Counted from the stretch's first letter, positions 27,501 to 37,213 are shown. The stretch is DNA of 64,000 nt from Sunxiuqinia sp. (GCA_037446835.1 JBBIHV010000004.1:832-64831), one strand, 5' to 3'. Made by a program: numbers and translations. Notes: generated from the sequence alone by a model not told the origin.

Positions 27501-28372
27501 TCCGGATCGAGGTTGAAAAGATGATGCACACGGCAAATGGCCCGATGAACCTTTCGGTCAGTACCAGTATTCAGAAAGGCGAACTGGTTTCACTTTTCGG
27601 GCAATCCGGAACAGGAAAAACAACACTTTTGCGAATCTTGTCCGGACTTATTCCTCCGGATAAAGGGTTGGTCAGGTTTGGAAAGACAGTTTGGTACGAT
27701 TCGGAAAAAAAGATCAACATCGCCCCTCAAAACCGAAATATCAGTTTTATGTTTCAGGATTACGCCCTGTTCCCGAATATGACGGTGGAACAAAATATCA
27801 GGTTTGCCCAGCCACAGCGCAACGATGGTGCCCTGAAAGAATTGCTTGGCATTTTCGGGCTGAACGAATTCCGCAAACGGAAGCCCAACGGATTATCGGG
27901 CGGACAAAAACAGCGGGTGGCCCTGGCCCGCGCCCTGGCCCGGAAACCGCAATTGCTGCTGCTCGACGAACCGCTCTCGGCGCTTGATGCCGAAATGCGA
28001 AACACACTTCAGGACGAAATCGCACAGGCCCATCACATGTCGGGGGTAACTACCCTTTTGGTCAGTCACGATTTGAATGAAGTTTTTCGGCTGGCAGACC
28101 ATGTCCTCTGTATCGAAAACGGCACGATAACCCGCAGCGGAAAACCGGATGAGGTCTTTTCGGACAGCAGTATCAGCGGGAAAGTGCAGATTACCGGTCA
28201 AATAGCGCGTATCGACCAACAGGGCATCATGAACATTGTGACAGTCATTTCAGGAAACAACCAGATTATCAGGGTTATTGCATTCGACAACGACCTGGAG
28301 AACCTGAAAATTGGCGACAGTGTTATGGTTTTTTCAAAGGCTTTCAACCCGATTATCAGCAAATTAAAGTGA
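27485..28372 (+). CDS. modC: Molybdate ABC transporter ATPase with C-terminal TOBE
   Basis: Walker A GQSGTGKTT, LSGGQKQR, LLLLDEP, SHD; ends FSKAFNP. Confidence 0.92.
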   Translation: MENDVIRIEVEKMMHTANGPMNLSVSTSIQKGELVSLFGQSGTGKTTLLRILSGLIPPDKGLVRFGKTVWYDSEKKINIAPQNRNISFMFQDYALFPNMTVEQNIRFAQPQRNDGALKELLGIFGLNEFRKRKPNGLSGGQKQRVALARALARKPQLLLLDEPLSALDAEMRNTLQDEIAQAHHMSGVTTLLVSHDLNEVFRLADHVLCIENGTITRSGKPDEVFSDSSISGKVQITGQIARIDQQGIMNIVTVISGNNQIIRVIAFDNDLENLKIGDSVMVFSKAFNPIISKLK

Positions 28373-28395
28373 ATATACAAACTTGCCAAAATGAA

Positions 28396-28432
28396 GAATC
28401 GCCTTTAAAACCAATGGTCCTAAAGGCGATTC
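28396..28432. terminator. Hairpin between convergent modC and YncE genes
   Basis: GAATCGCCTTTA / TAAAGGCGATTC, perfect 12 bp stem. Confidence 0.7.
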
Positions 28433-28455
28433 CCAATTTGGGCGTAAACTCCGGG

Positions 28456-29472
28456 TTATTTCACCGGCTCAATATCCAGCACTTTGAAGGAATTTGGTTT
28501 TACCGGACGCCTTCCGGTGCCTTCTCCAAATTCGCCTCCTGAAACATAAATATGATGAGTCGTTTTATCAACCGTGATGGTCCGTGCACCTGGTTGAGTG
28601 GCGATACTTTCCAAAGCTTTATATTTATTGGCACTTTCTTGCTGAATGACAGAAATGATCCCTTCGCCGCAAGATGCAAAAATGCGTTTGGTTGCCGGAT
28701 CAAAAGCCACGCCATCGCAGCCTTTTCCAATCGGGGCCGAGGCAATTACTTTTCCTGAAACGGGATCAGAAACAACCATCAATTTGTTGCTGCATACCGA
28801 AAACAAGCGGTTGTTTGCCACATCGTATGCCAATCCTGAAGGTTCTTCGCCAGGGGCAATCGACCAAGTTTTTTCAACTTTCAGCGTAGCCGAATTGATG
28901 ATGGCCAGGCTGCTTTTATCCTCGATGTTTACAAAAACTTTGCCTTTGTCATCGGTTTGTGCGAATTCGGGTTTTCCGGCCAGCGGAATGGTTGCAACGA
29001 TTTTGTCGGTTGTAGCGTCAATCACGGTTGAATTGCTGGTCCTTCCATTAAACGTAAATACTTTCTTCGAGAACGGGTCATACAAAATGGCATCCGGGTT
29101 TTTGCCGGTACCCTGAACTCTCCCAATAACTTTAAAATTCTTCAAATCGACCACCAAAACCGACGAATCCCTTCCGCAGGAAATAAATGCCTTGTTCAAG
29201 TCGTTGGCAACGGCTATACCATGCACACCACTGGTTTCAGGAATTACAGCAATTTCTGCCGACGTTTTAAGGTTAACAACATTTACCTGCGAACTGTGCG
29301 AAACAAACAGATTTTGGTTTGCCTCGTCAACCGACAAATAATCCCAGCCGCCATCACCGGTCAACTGGATGGTTTTGGCAACTTTGTATTCCGGCTTCTG
29401 TGCCTGAACATTTTGAAACATCATGCAAACCATGACGATCATGATTGCTGAAAACAAGGTTTGTTTTTTCAT
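28456..29472 (-). CDS. YncE/YVTN-type beta-propeller protein, exported
   Basis: Signal peptide; GDGGWDY, GVHGIA, GKNPDAI, GKPEF, GARTI. Confidence 0.85.
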   Translation of the reverse strand: MKKQTLFSAIMIVMVCMMFQNVQAQKPEYKVAKTIQLTGDGGWDYLSVDEANQNLFVSHSSQVNVVNLKTSAEIAVIPETSGVHGIAVANDLNKAFISCGRDSSVLVVDLKNFKVIGRVQGTGKNPDAILYDPFSKKVFTFNGRTSNSTVIDATTDKIVATIPLAGKPEFAQTDDKGKVFVNIEDKSSLAIINSATLKVEKTWSIAPGEEPSGLAYDVANNRLFSVCSNKLMVVSDPVSGKVIASAPIGKGCDGVAFDPATKRIFASCGEGIISVIQQESANKYKALESIATQPGARTITVDKTTHHIYVSGGEFGEGTGRRPVKPNSFKVLDIEPVK

Positions 29473-29486
29473 TTTGTTACTGATTT

Positions 29487-30428
29487 TTAGTGTTTTAAAT
29501 ACTGATCGAGAAATGTAAATACTTTATTAATATTCTTTTTTGTTGTAAAACCTGGACCTCCATGATCATTGTTTTCAAGGATTTCAAAATTCACTTTATC
29601 CTTTCCAATGGCAGATGTAAGTTTGGTTGCAAGATTCTCAGATTGTTGAAAGGGAACCAAATGATCAATCCGTCCGTGTTGAATAAAGAATGGCGGATCG
29701 TCAGGAGTGATATAGGTTTCAGGATTCGCTTTTTGAACCAGTTCAGGCGCATCGCCTAAATTTTTACCAATTAATTCCGATTCAGGAGAATTTGGGAGGG
29801 AGTGCATTTGTGGATTTTTCACCCCGCTTGCTTTCAGTTGCTCATCCATTTTCAGAAAATCGGTCGGGCCAAACCAATCAACTACAGCCTGAATGCGACT
29901 CGATTGCGAAGGATTTCCCATGGTTAAATCTTCCAGTTCTTTCACATTCCCGGATGTTCCCAGTAATGCTGAAAGGTTTCCTCCAGCAGAGCCACCCCAT
30001 GCTGCCATCTTTTCAGGATTGAATTTATACTCTTTGGCATTGGCCCGGATCCAGCGAATGGCTGCCTTTACATCGAAAATTTGTACCGGAAATATGGCTT
30101 CACCGCTTAACCGGTAATTAATCGAGACAACAGCATACCCTCTTTTGAGCCCTTCAAGCATCGGCGTAACCTGACCATCCGCTTTGTCGCCGACTTTGAA
30201 TGCTCCACCGTGTATTGAAACGATGACCGGGAATGGTCCGTCTCCTCCATCCGGTAAATAAATATCCAGCTTTTGAGCTGGAGAAATTGTTGCATAAGCA
30301 ACATCAAGCCACTTCCGCTTAATTTGATTTGTGTTGGCGTTTTGAGGCCCCTGGGCAAGTACAGTACTTGAAAATAGAACGCCAAAGAATATGACTGACA
30401 GAATTTGCTTTGCGATATTGCTTTTCAT
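29487..30428 (-). CDS. Alpha/beta hydrolase (BD-FAE/HSL-like esterase), exported
   Basis: HGGAF oxyanion hole, GGSAGG nucleophile, HGRID, HGG. Confidence 0.9.
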   Translation of the reverse strand: MKSNIAKQILSVIFFGVLFSSTVLAQGPQNANTNQIKRKWLDVAYATISPAQKLDIYLPDGGDGPFPVIVSIHGGAFKVGDKADGQVTPMLEGLKRGYAVVSINYRLSGEAIFPVQIFDVKAAIRWIRANAKEYKFNPEKMAAWGGSAGGNLSALLGTSGNVKELEDLTMGNPSQSSRIQAVVDWFGPTDFLKMDEQLKASGVKNPQMHSLPNSPESELIGKNLGDAPELVQKANPETYITPDDPPFFIQHGRIDHLVPFQQSENLATKLTSAIGKDKVNFEILENNDHGGPGFTTKKNINKVFTFLDQYLKH

Positions 30429-30466
30429 GGTGCAATGTATTAAATATATTATTGATTTATAGGTTT

Positions 30467-31135
30467 TTACGGGCGGTTTCCATGGATCATTCCTGAAACA
30501 ATTCCTTTCATTTTTCCGTTCTCGGCCAGGATTACACCGCCCAGGTGAAGAACAATAAAAGTATAAATCAAATACTGAACAATTGCATGGAGGTTTCTCA
30601 AAGCCCCAGAGATTTCGCGGGAGAAACCCAGGCCGCGCCCAAATGCCATCCCCAGGCCGGTAAATACCATCAGGAAAAGCAACAGAAAGAACAGCATGTA
30701 ACTAAGTTTCACCTGCATGTAATGTTTATACTCTGCTGAACCTGGGTCATTTTTTTTGGATAAGGCAATCGCCTTTTGCAGCCTGTTCCGCATTTTTTCT
30801 TCTTCAGGCTGAGTAAATTCAATCACTACCCGGGCCAGGAAAAGGATTGCCAACCCAAACCCAAAATATTTGTGGACATTCCACACTTTATCTTCGTACC
30901 CGTGCGACACTGCCAACGCCTGCTCATTGTTAACTGTAATACCTTTTTTGCTTAGCTGGTCCTGAACCAGTTGAAGATTATCGCGCGGCGACAACAAAGT
31001 TGAATTAAACAGCACGGTGACCATTGAGCCGGTAAGAAACAAGAAGGTAAGCCAGTGCCAAATCCGCAACGCAGCAGAATGTTGCTGAAGAAAAGGCGAA
31101 GTTTCGGGATTTGTGGAAATGCTTTTTTTATCCAT
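30467..31135 (-). CDS. Cytochrome b/b6-family (di-haem) membrane protein
   Basis: RIWHW, WNVHKY, RNLH, VLHLGG haem-ligand His positions; GMIHG end. Confidence 0.85.
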   Translation of the reverse strand: MDKKSISTNPETSPFLQQHSAALRIWHWLTFLFLTGSMVTVLFNSTLLSPRDNLQLVQDQLSKKGITVNNEQALAVSHGYEDKVWNVHKYFGFGLAILFLARVVIEFTQPEEEKMRNRLQKAIALSKKNDPGSAEYKHYMQVKLSYMLFFLLLFLMVFTGLGMAFGRGLGFSREISGALRNLHAIVQYLIYTFIVLHLGGVILAENGKMKGIVSGMIHGNRP

Positions 31136-31300
31136 TGTGTTAGTTTTAAATTATCCATGATGGAACAGATAGGTTAACCAGATGTTTTAAATGACTGAAT
31201 TTAAACAAGCAAATCCTGAATTGTGGATAATACAAGCAGGGATGAAGCCATTTTGCATTATCCAAGCATTGACTATCCTGAAGCCGAAAGGTTTAAAATA

Positions 31301-31333
31301 AAGGCTCCCTGCTGAGCGAACAACCGGGAGCCT
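31301..31333 (-). terminator. Intrinsic terminator downstream of galM
   Basis: AAGGCTCCC...GGGAGCCTT stem, followed on the minus strand by TTATTTT. Confidence 0.6.
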
Positions 31334-31534
31334 TTTCACATTTCCTTAAAATTAACTGGAAAAGATCATTTGTTATGGGAAAAAATTTAAAGCGACTTTT
31401 CGAATTGCCAGCCTGCTTAAGGCAGGTAATGACTTTTTTCTTTATTTTGTCCGACTCAGACTTTAGTTCAGAATTGACTTTTTCCAATAACTAAGTAATA
31501 GGAATGAAATAATGTCGCATTTTGAATTCTAGGT

Positions 31535-31629
31535 TTCTTGACTCACCCCAAGCTCGCGGTGCTCGCTTTTCCCCTCTCTACGCGTAGAGAGGGGGGACGT
31601 CCGCTTGCGGACGTGGGGTGAGTCAAGAA
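31535..31629. repeat. 95 bp multi-hairpin palindromic element (REP/MITE-like)
   Basis: Perfect 16 bp terminal inverted repeat TTCTTGACTCACCCCA/TGGGGTGAGTCAAGAA enclosing a perfect 24 bp palindrome CCCCTCTCTACGCGTAGAGAGGGG and the hairpin ACGTCCGC-TT-GCGGACGT. Confidence 0.85.
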
Positions 31630-31702
31630 TAAAATACGACAATAAATTGTTCCCATTACTTAATTACTTTTTTCATTTTTTCTCTTTCCACTTTCCTGAA
31701 TA

Positions 31703-32848
31703 TTATTTCTTTACCGAGAACTTATAAATGGTAGTCGATTTCAATGTTTCGCCCGGTTTCAGTAAGGTATTCGGAAAGTTCGGATGGTGTGGGGAATCTG
31801 GATAATGCTGGGTTTCCAAACAAATTCCGTTTCGATATTTGTATGGGTTTCCGCGTTTTCCAATGCTGGTTCCATCCAAAAAATTGCCGGTATAAAGCTG
31901 AACGGCTGGTTCTGTAGTCAAACATTCCATGTAACGGCCCGAAGCAGGTTCGTACAAACTGGCACAGAAAGTCATTTCATGGCCGTTCTGGTCTTTGTTC
32001 AAAATGTAATTGTGGTCGTACCCACCGGCATATTTCATTTGTTGCATCGGGTCTTTAATCCGTTCGCCAATAACGTGAGGAGTGGTAAAATCCATTGCAG
32101 TTCCGCGGACATCCATAATTTCACCTGTTGGGATCAACTGCGAATCGGCTACTGCAGTGGTGAAGTTTGCATCAATGTCAAGCACATGATCCAGGATGTC
32201 GCCCATGCCTTCACCTTTCAGGTTAAAATAACAATGGTTGGTCAAATTGAAATAGCAAGATTTATCGGTGGTTGCTTCGTAGTCAATTTTCAAGCCGTTG
32301 TCTTTGGTCAGGGTGTAGGTCACCTTCACGTTTTTATTTCCGGGGAAGCCCCATTGGCCATCGGGACTCAAAATAGTCATTTCCACTGCGGGTCCGTCGG
32401 CAGTTTGAATTTCCTTCCCATCCCACACCTGGCGGTAAAAACTATCTGGTCCGGAGTGCAAACAGGCTTTCATGTTGTTTTGCGGCAACTGGTAAACTTT
32501 GCCATCAATTTCGAACTGGGCATTGGCAATGCGGTTGGCATACGGGCCAACAACTGCGCCAAACCCGGATTCGCCTTTAAGGTATGCGTCAATTGACGAA
32601 TATCCCAGGACCACATCCTCCATTTTCCCATTTTTATCAGGTACGAAAATGGAAACAATTTTGGCCCCGTAATTGGTGAGGGTTACCAGAATCCCATTTT
32701 CATTTCTGAGTGTGAATAAGGTAGTTTGTTTTCCGTTAACGACTTTCTCGAAGTCGGCTTTAGTGTACGATGGAGTTAACTCCTTTTTAGGTGCTGCACA
32801 GGAAAAAACGATTCCGGCAAGAAGCAGCAAACCGATTAATTTCTTCAT
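31703..32848 (-). CDS. galM: Aldose 1-epimerase (mutarotase), lipoprotein
   Basis: Lipobox FSC; GPYANRI, LHSG, NLTNHCYFNL, GYDHNY, CLETQHYPDSPHHP. Confidence 0.95.
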   Translation of the reverse strand: MKKLIGLLLLAGIVFSCAAPKKELTPSYTKADFEKVVNGKQTTLFTLRNENGILVTLTNYGAKIVSIFVPDKNGKMEDVVLGYSSIDAYLKGESGFGAVVGPYANRIANAQFEIDGKVYQLPQNNMKACLHSGPDSFYRQVWDGKEIQTADGPAVEMTILSPDGQWGFPGNKNVKVTYTLTKDNGLKIDYEATTDKSCYFNLTNHCYFNLKGEGMGDILDHVLDIDANFTTAVADSQLIPTGEIMDVRGTAMDFTTPHVIGERIKDPMQQMKYAGGYDHNYILNKDQNGHEMTFCASLYEPASGRYMECLTTEPAVQLYTGNFLDGTSIGKRGNPYKYRNGICLETQHYPDSPHHPNFPNTLLKPGETLKSTTIYKFSVKK

Positions 32849-32956
32849 TGGATTATTAATTTTTTATGATTTAGAAAGCTAAAGATAAGTGTTTTGGAAT
32901 ACTTTATAAAAATCGGGTTTCTATTCCTGACAAAAAATTACGTCAGGGGAGGCCAA

Positions 32957-32991
32957 ACTGATCCGATGAGTTTGAAGTTCATCGGATCAGT
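32957..32991 (-). terminator. Hairpin between araB and galM
   Basis: ACTGATCCGATGA / TCATCGGATCAGT, perfect 13 bp stem. Confidence 0.6.
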
Positions 32992-33008
32992 GCCCTGAAA
33001 GTTTGTTT

Positions 33009-34682
33009 TTATTTCATCCCGAATTCGATCAGTTCACCCAGTTTCAGGTATTTGGCATACAAAGCCTGATATTTAGAAGCATTTTCAGGAATTGGAGAAT
33101 ACGTTTTTTCGAAACCACCGCCCATTTTTTTCTGAGCGACTGCCGTGTCGGGGTAAATCCCGGCAACCACCGCAGCGGCCATGGCCGAACCCAGGGCGCA
33201 GGCCTGTTCTGAACGGGCCACTTTGATGGGCATATTCAAAACATCGGCCACAATCTGCATCACAAATGGCGATTTTTTTGCCACACCGCCCAATGCAATC
33301 ACACCGTCGATGCGCACACCTTCGCCAATAAACCGATCGACAATGGCTTTCGAACCGAATGCGGTTGCCTCAACCAGGGCACGGAAAATGCGCGGTGCAT
33401 CCGACCCCAGATTTAAGCCTGAAATTACGCCTTTCAGGTTCTGGTTCGCGTCTGGAGTGCGGCGGCCATTCATCCAGTCGAGGGCAACGATGCTGCTGTC
33501 TTCAATCGGAATTTGTTCGGCAGCTTTGGTTAATTCAGGAATAATGCGCGACGAGATTTCGTCAATCATTTTGGTTTTTGTGGCTTCGTCAATCAGTGTA
33601 CTGCTGTTGATAATCTTTTCAGAAGGCCACAGCAGCACATTTTTAAACCAGGCATAAATATCGCCGAAAGCCGACTGGCCAGCCTCCATGCCCAACATTC
33701 CGGGAACAATCGAGCCGTCAACTTGTCCGCAAATTCCGCTGATCAGTTTGTCGCCCACTTCTTCCATCGGGGCAATCAGCATGTCGCAGGTTGAGGTTCC
33801 CATCACCTTGCTCAAATAATACGGTTCGATTTCGGCGCCCAAAGCACCAAGGTGCGCATCAAAAGCCCCTACCCCAACTTTCACGTTCGCCGGCAGTCCC
33901 AATTTTGCGGCCCATTCAGGAGTAATTGTGCCAGCCGAAATGTCGCAGGTAAAGGTTTCTTTGAACAAACGGTCTTTCAATCCACTCAAAAGCGGATCGA
34001 GTTTTACCAGGAACTCTTCGGTGGGCAAACCGCCAAAAGCCTCGTGCCACATGGCTTTGTGCCCGGCAGCGCAACGCGACCGTTTCAGCGTTTTCGGGTT
34101 GGTATTGCCGGTCAGGATGGCCGGAATCCAGTCGCAATGTTCAACCCACGAACTGGCAGCGCGGAAAACTCCGGCATCTTCGCGGATCACGTGCAGCAAC
34201 TTGGCCCAGAACCATTCCGAAGAATAAACGCCCCCTTCAAATTTGGTGAAATCGATGGACCATTCCCTGGCCAGCTCATTAATTTCATCGGCCTCCTTAA
34301 CGCCTGTGTGGTCTTTCCAGAGCACAAACATGGCATTTGGGTTTTCTTCAAATCCGGGTGTTAACGACAGCGGTGTCCCTTTTTCGTCAACAGCGATGGG
34401 GGTTGATCCGGTGGTGTCAACCGAGATACCCACCACGTTTTCAGCTACTCCTGCCGGGGCCAGTTTCAAAGCTTCAACGATGGTAAATTCCAAACCTTCG
34501 AGGTAATCTTTCGGGTGCTGGCGGAAGCGGTTATTGGGCGCATCGCAGTACAATTGTTTTTTCCAGCGCGGATATTCGAAGACTACGCTTGCTACTTCTT
34601 CTCCATTTTCGGTGTTCACAATCAATGAACGAACAGAATCGGTACCGTAATCCAGCCCGATTGTAAATTTTGCCTGAGTCAT
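33009..34682 (-). CDS. araB: L-ribulokinase
   Basis: GLDYGTDSVR, DTTGSTP, LWKDH, YSSEWFWAK, DWMNGRRTP. Confidence 0.95.
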   Translation of the reverse strand: MTQAKFTIGLDYGTDSVRSLIVNTENGEEVASVVFEYPRWKKQLYCDAPNNRFRQHPKDYLEGLEFTIVEALKLAPAGVAENVVGISVDTTGSTPIAVDEKGTPLSLTPGFEENPNAMFVLWKDHTGVKEADEINELAREWSIDFTKFEGGVYSSEWFWAKLLHVIREDAGVFRAASSWVEHCDWIPAILTGNTNPKTLKRSRCAAGHKAMWHEAFGGLPTEEFLVKLDPLLSGLKDRLFKETFTCDISAGTITPEWAAKLGLPANVKVGVGAFDAHLGALGAEIEPYYLSKVMGTSTCDMLIAPMEEVGDKLISGICGQVDGSIVPGMLGMEAGQSAFGDIYAWFKNVLLWPSEKIINSSTLIDEATKTKMIDEISSRIIPELTKAAEQIPIEDSSIVALDWMNGRRTPDANQNLKGVISGLNLGSDAPRIFRALVEATAFGSKAIVDRFIGEGVRIDGVIALGGVAKKSPFVMQIVADVLNMPIKVARSEQACALGSAMAAAVVAGIYPDTAVAQKKMGGGFEKTYSPIPENASKYQALYAKYLKLGELIEFGMK

Positions 34683-34728
34683 TTTTTATTTTGTTTTACG
34701 TTTGATGTTTGAATTTTATGTCATGAAA

Positions 34729-34801
34729 TAGTCATTCGACTGTCATTGATGGTAACCCCCAGGATCAATAAATGAGGCAAAGCGAATGACAACCAATGAC
34801 T
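34729..34801. repeat. Intergenic imperfect hairpin built from GTCATT/AATGAC units between araD and araB
   Basis: GTCATTCG...CGAATGAC, with repeated GTCATT on the left and AATGA(C) on the right. Confidence 0.55.
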
Positions 34802-34830
34802 TTTACGTTTTACCGGAAACTGAGACTCTC

Positions 34831-35517
34831 CTATCCTTGCCCGTAATACGCGTCTTTGCCGTGTTTCCGCAGGAAATGCTTATCCAGAAGAGTCTGGTCC
34901 ATGCTGGTTTCAGGATTGAGGTTCAGGCTCCGGAAGGTCATTTTTGCAACCTCTTCCAGAACAACGGCGTTGTGAACGGCATCGTCGGCATTTTTTCCCC
35001 AGGTGAACGGTGCGTGGTTGTTCACCAGCACCCCCGGAATCATGTCGGGATCCAAACCGTTGAAGCGCTCGATGATTACCCGACCAGTTTCCAGTTCATA
35101 TTCGCCTTTAATTTCGGCTTCGGTCATTTTGCGTGTACAGGGAATTTCGCCGTAAAAATAATCGGCTTGAGTTGTTCCAACCGCAGGAATCCCTTTACCT
35201 GCCTGGGCCCAGCTTGTTGCCCATTCGGAGTGTGTATGGACCACCCCGCCAATATTCAGGAACTGGCGGTACAAAATCAGGTGTGTGGGGGCATCGCTCG
35301 AAGGTTTTAGTTTTCCTTCAACCACTTTGCCATACAAATCGAGCACAACCATGTCCGATGGTTTCATCACATCATAGGAAACGCCACTGGGCTTGATTAC
35401 TACCAGGCCATGCTGGCGATCGATGCCACTGACATTGCCCCAGGTAAAGATTACCAGACCGTGTTTAACCAGGTCGAGATTGGCTTTCCAGACTTCTTCT
35501 TTTAATTTTTCAAGCAT
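34831..35517 (-). CDS. araD: L-ribulose-5-phosphate 4-epimerase
   Basis: [41 protein letters not shown]. Confidence 0.96.
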   Translation of the reverse strand: MLEKLKEEVWKANLDLVKHGLVIFTWGNVSGIDRQHGLVVIKPSGVSYDVMKPSDMVVLDLYGKVVEGKLKPSSDAPTHLILYRQFLNIGGVVHTHSEWATSWAQAGKGIPAVGTTQADYFYGEIPCTRKMTEAEIKGEYELETGRVIIERFNGLDPDMIPGVLVNNHAPFTWGKNADDAVHNAVVLEEVAKMTFRSLNLNPETSMDQTLLDKHFLRKHGKDAYYGQG

Positions 35518-35561
35518 ATTTAGTTCAAAATTTCAAGTTGTCAAAAGGCAGGATGGATAAT

Positions 35562-35582
35562 AAAATGTAAATTTAACACTTA
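35562..35582. promoter_or_regulatory. Palindromic operator candidate upstream of araD (AraR/NrtR-like)
   Basis: AAAATGT-AAATTTA-ACACTTA imperfect palindrome 45-65 bp upstream of the araD start; regulator assignment is inference. Confidence 0.4.
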
Positions 35583-35854
35583 TCTTTACTTCTCAAAACA
35601 GAGAAGCCTGATTTGATTTAATCCACCAAAAAAGAGCTTTAAATCCTGAAAATTTCGGCCTGGCAATAAAAGAAAAACAAGCTGTGACCAGAATGCCAGG
35701 AACTGCTGAAATTAACTGTTTTATCTGGATTCTTAAGTTCTTAAGCCCGACATTTAATTTGGTGGTTTCAAACATTCAGGCCAGGATAAACGTTTAAAAC
35801 ATGTCGTAAAACACAAAACATTGATTCCTTAATCAAACCGAAAAAAATCAGAAA

Positions 35855-37168
35855 ATGGCAGCAAATATTCCGGAAACGGCACTCAAACGAATTGTAATTG
35901 TCGGGGCAGGTTTTGGCGGCCTGAAAATGGCCCAAAAACTTATGGGCAAAGGTTATCAGGTTGTCCTGATTGACAAAAACAATTACCATCAGTTTCAGCC
36001 CCTGTTTTATCAGGTGGCTTCTTCAGGAATTGAACCCAGTTCCATCCTTTTTCCGCTTCGGAAAATTTTTCAGAAACGGACCGATATGTACATCCGTGTT
36101 GCCGAGGTCCTTTCCGTAAATCCTGAAAAAAAAGTGCTATCGACCAGCCTGGGCACAGTTTGGTACGATTACCTGGTTATCGGGACCGGCGTGAATTCAA
36201 ATTTCTTCGGAATGAAAAACATGGAAGAATATGCCATTCCGATGAAATCGGTTTCGGAAGCGATGGCCCTGCGCAACCGCTTGCTGCTGAGTTTCGAAAA
36301 AGCGGTGACACTTCGCGACCAGAACGAGAAAAAAGCGCTCCTGAACATTGTGATCGTTGGTGGCGGCCCCACCGGTGTTGAAGTTGCCGGCGCCATTGCC
36401 GAGATGAAAAATTTTGTCCTCCCAAAAGATTATCCCGACCAGAATTTCGACCTGATGCAGATTAACCTGATCGAAGGTTCGGGCGCCCTTCTGGCCAACA
36501 TGTCGGCACATGCCTCAAAAAAAGCTTTATTTTATCTGAAACGACTGGGCATAAACGTTTTACTCAATACTCGGGTTACCGATTACGATGGGAATACACT
36601 GAAATATGCCGATGGGCAAACCATTCAAACTAAAATGGTGATTTGGGCCGCCGGGATCAGTGGTGAAGTTCCTGAAGGATTTCCGGCTGAATCAATCGGG
36701 CGGGGAAAGCGCCTGGTAGTCGATGAATTCAATAAACTGAAAGGTTTGGAAGATATTTATGCCATCGGCGATGTTTCCATGATGTCAACGCCCGAATTTC
36801 CGAACGGACATCCGCAGGTGGCGCAAGTCGCCATCCAGCAAGGACTAAACCTGGCCAACAACCTGATCGCATCCCTTCATAAATCGGCCCCAAAACCGTT
36901 CAGGTACATCGACCGCGGTTCGATGGCAACCATTGGCCGCAACCGGGCGGTAGCCGATTTACCTTTCCTGAAATTCAGCGGGTTTATCGCCTGGCTCACC
37001 TGGATGTTTGTGCACCTGATGGCCATTGTTGGCGTAAAAAACCGATTGCTTATTTTTATCAATTGGTTGTGGAATTACATGACCTACGACCAGTCGCTCC
37101 GTCTGATTCTGTGGGCTTCCCGGAAAATCCCATCGGTGCCGTCGCCATCAACTGAAGAAGAGCAATAA
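35855..37168 (+). CDS. ndh: Type II NADH:quinone oxidoreductase
   Basis: GAGFGG, FQPLFYQVA, GGGPTGVEVAG, AIGD, GSMATIGR. Confidence 0.93.
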   Translation: MAANIPETALKRIVIVGAGFGGLKMAQKLMGKGYQVVLIDKNNYHQFQPLFYQVASSGIEPSSILFPLRKIFQKRTDMYIRVAEVLSVNPEKKVLSTSLGTVWYDYLVIGTGVNSNFFGMKNMEEYAIPMKSVSEAMALRNRLLLSFEKAVTLRDQNEKKALLNIVIVGGGPTGVEVAGAIAEMKNFVLPKDYPDQNFDLMQINLIEGSGALLANMSAHASKKALFYLKRLGINVLLNTRVTDYDGNTLKYADGQTIQTKMVIWAAGISGEVPEGFPAESIGRGKRLVVDEFNKLKGLEDIYAIGDVSMMSTPEFPNGHPQVAQVAIQQGLNLANNLIASLHKSAPKPFRYIDRGSMATIGRNRAVADLPFLKFSGFIAWLTWMFVHLMAIVGVKNRLLIFINWLWNYMTYDQSLRLILWASRKIPSVPSPSTEEEQ

Positions 37169-37170
37169 AA

Positions 37171-37213
37171 AAAGGTTGATGCCGGCCAAAAATAGCTGTC
37201 GGTATCAACCTTT
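37171..37213. terminator. Bidirectional terminator ndh / M13 peptidase
   Basis: AAAGGTTGATGCCG...CGGTATCAACCTTT stem. Confidence 0.75.

Noticed and set aside
30467-31135. Cytochrome b as evidence of a Ni/Fe hydrogenase or formate dehydrogenase linked to the mod operon
   Set aside because: No catalytic subunits or maturation genes nearby; it is on the opposite strand and separated from mod by two unrelated genes.
31293-31487. 64 aa minus-strand ORF next to the palindromic element
   Set aside because: Non-ATG start, no motif, and it runs into the terminator; could be a gene remnant but I cannot support that.
31784-32596. 270 aa ORF on + strand
   Set aside because: Antisense shadow of galM; no recognisable motifs. 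The same applies to the other long antisense ORFs (for example 6568-7101, 7452-7964, 34786-35310, 42192-42722, 54865-55413).
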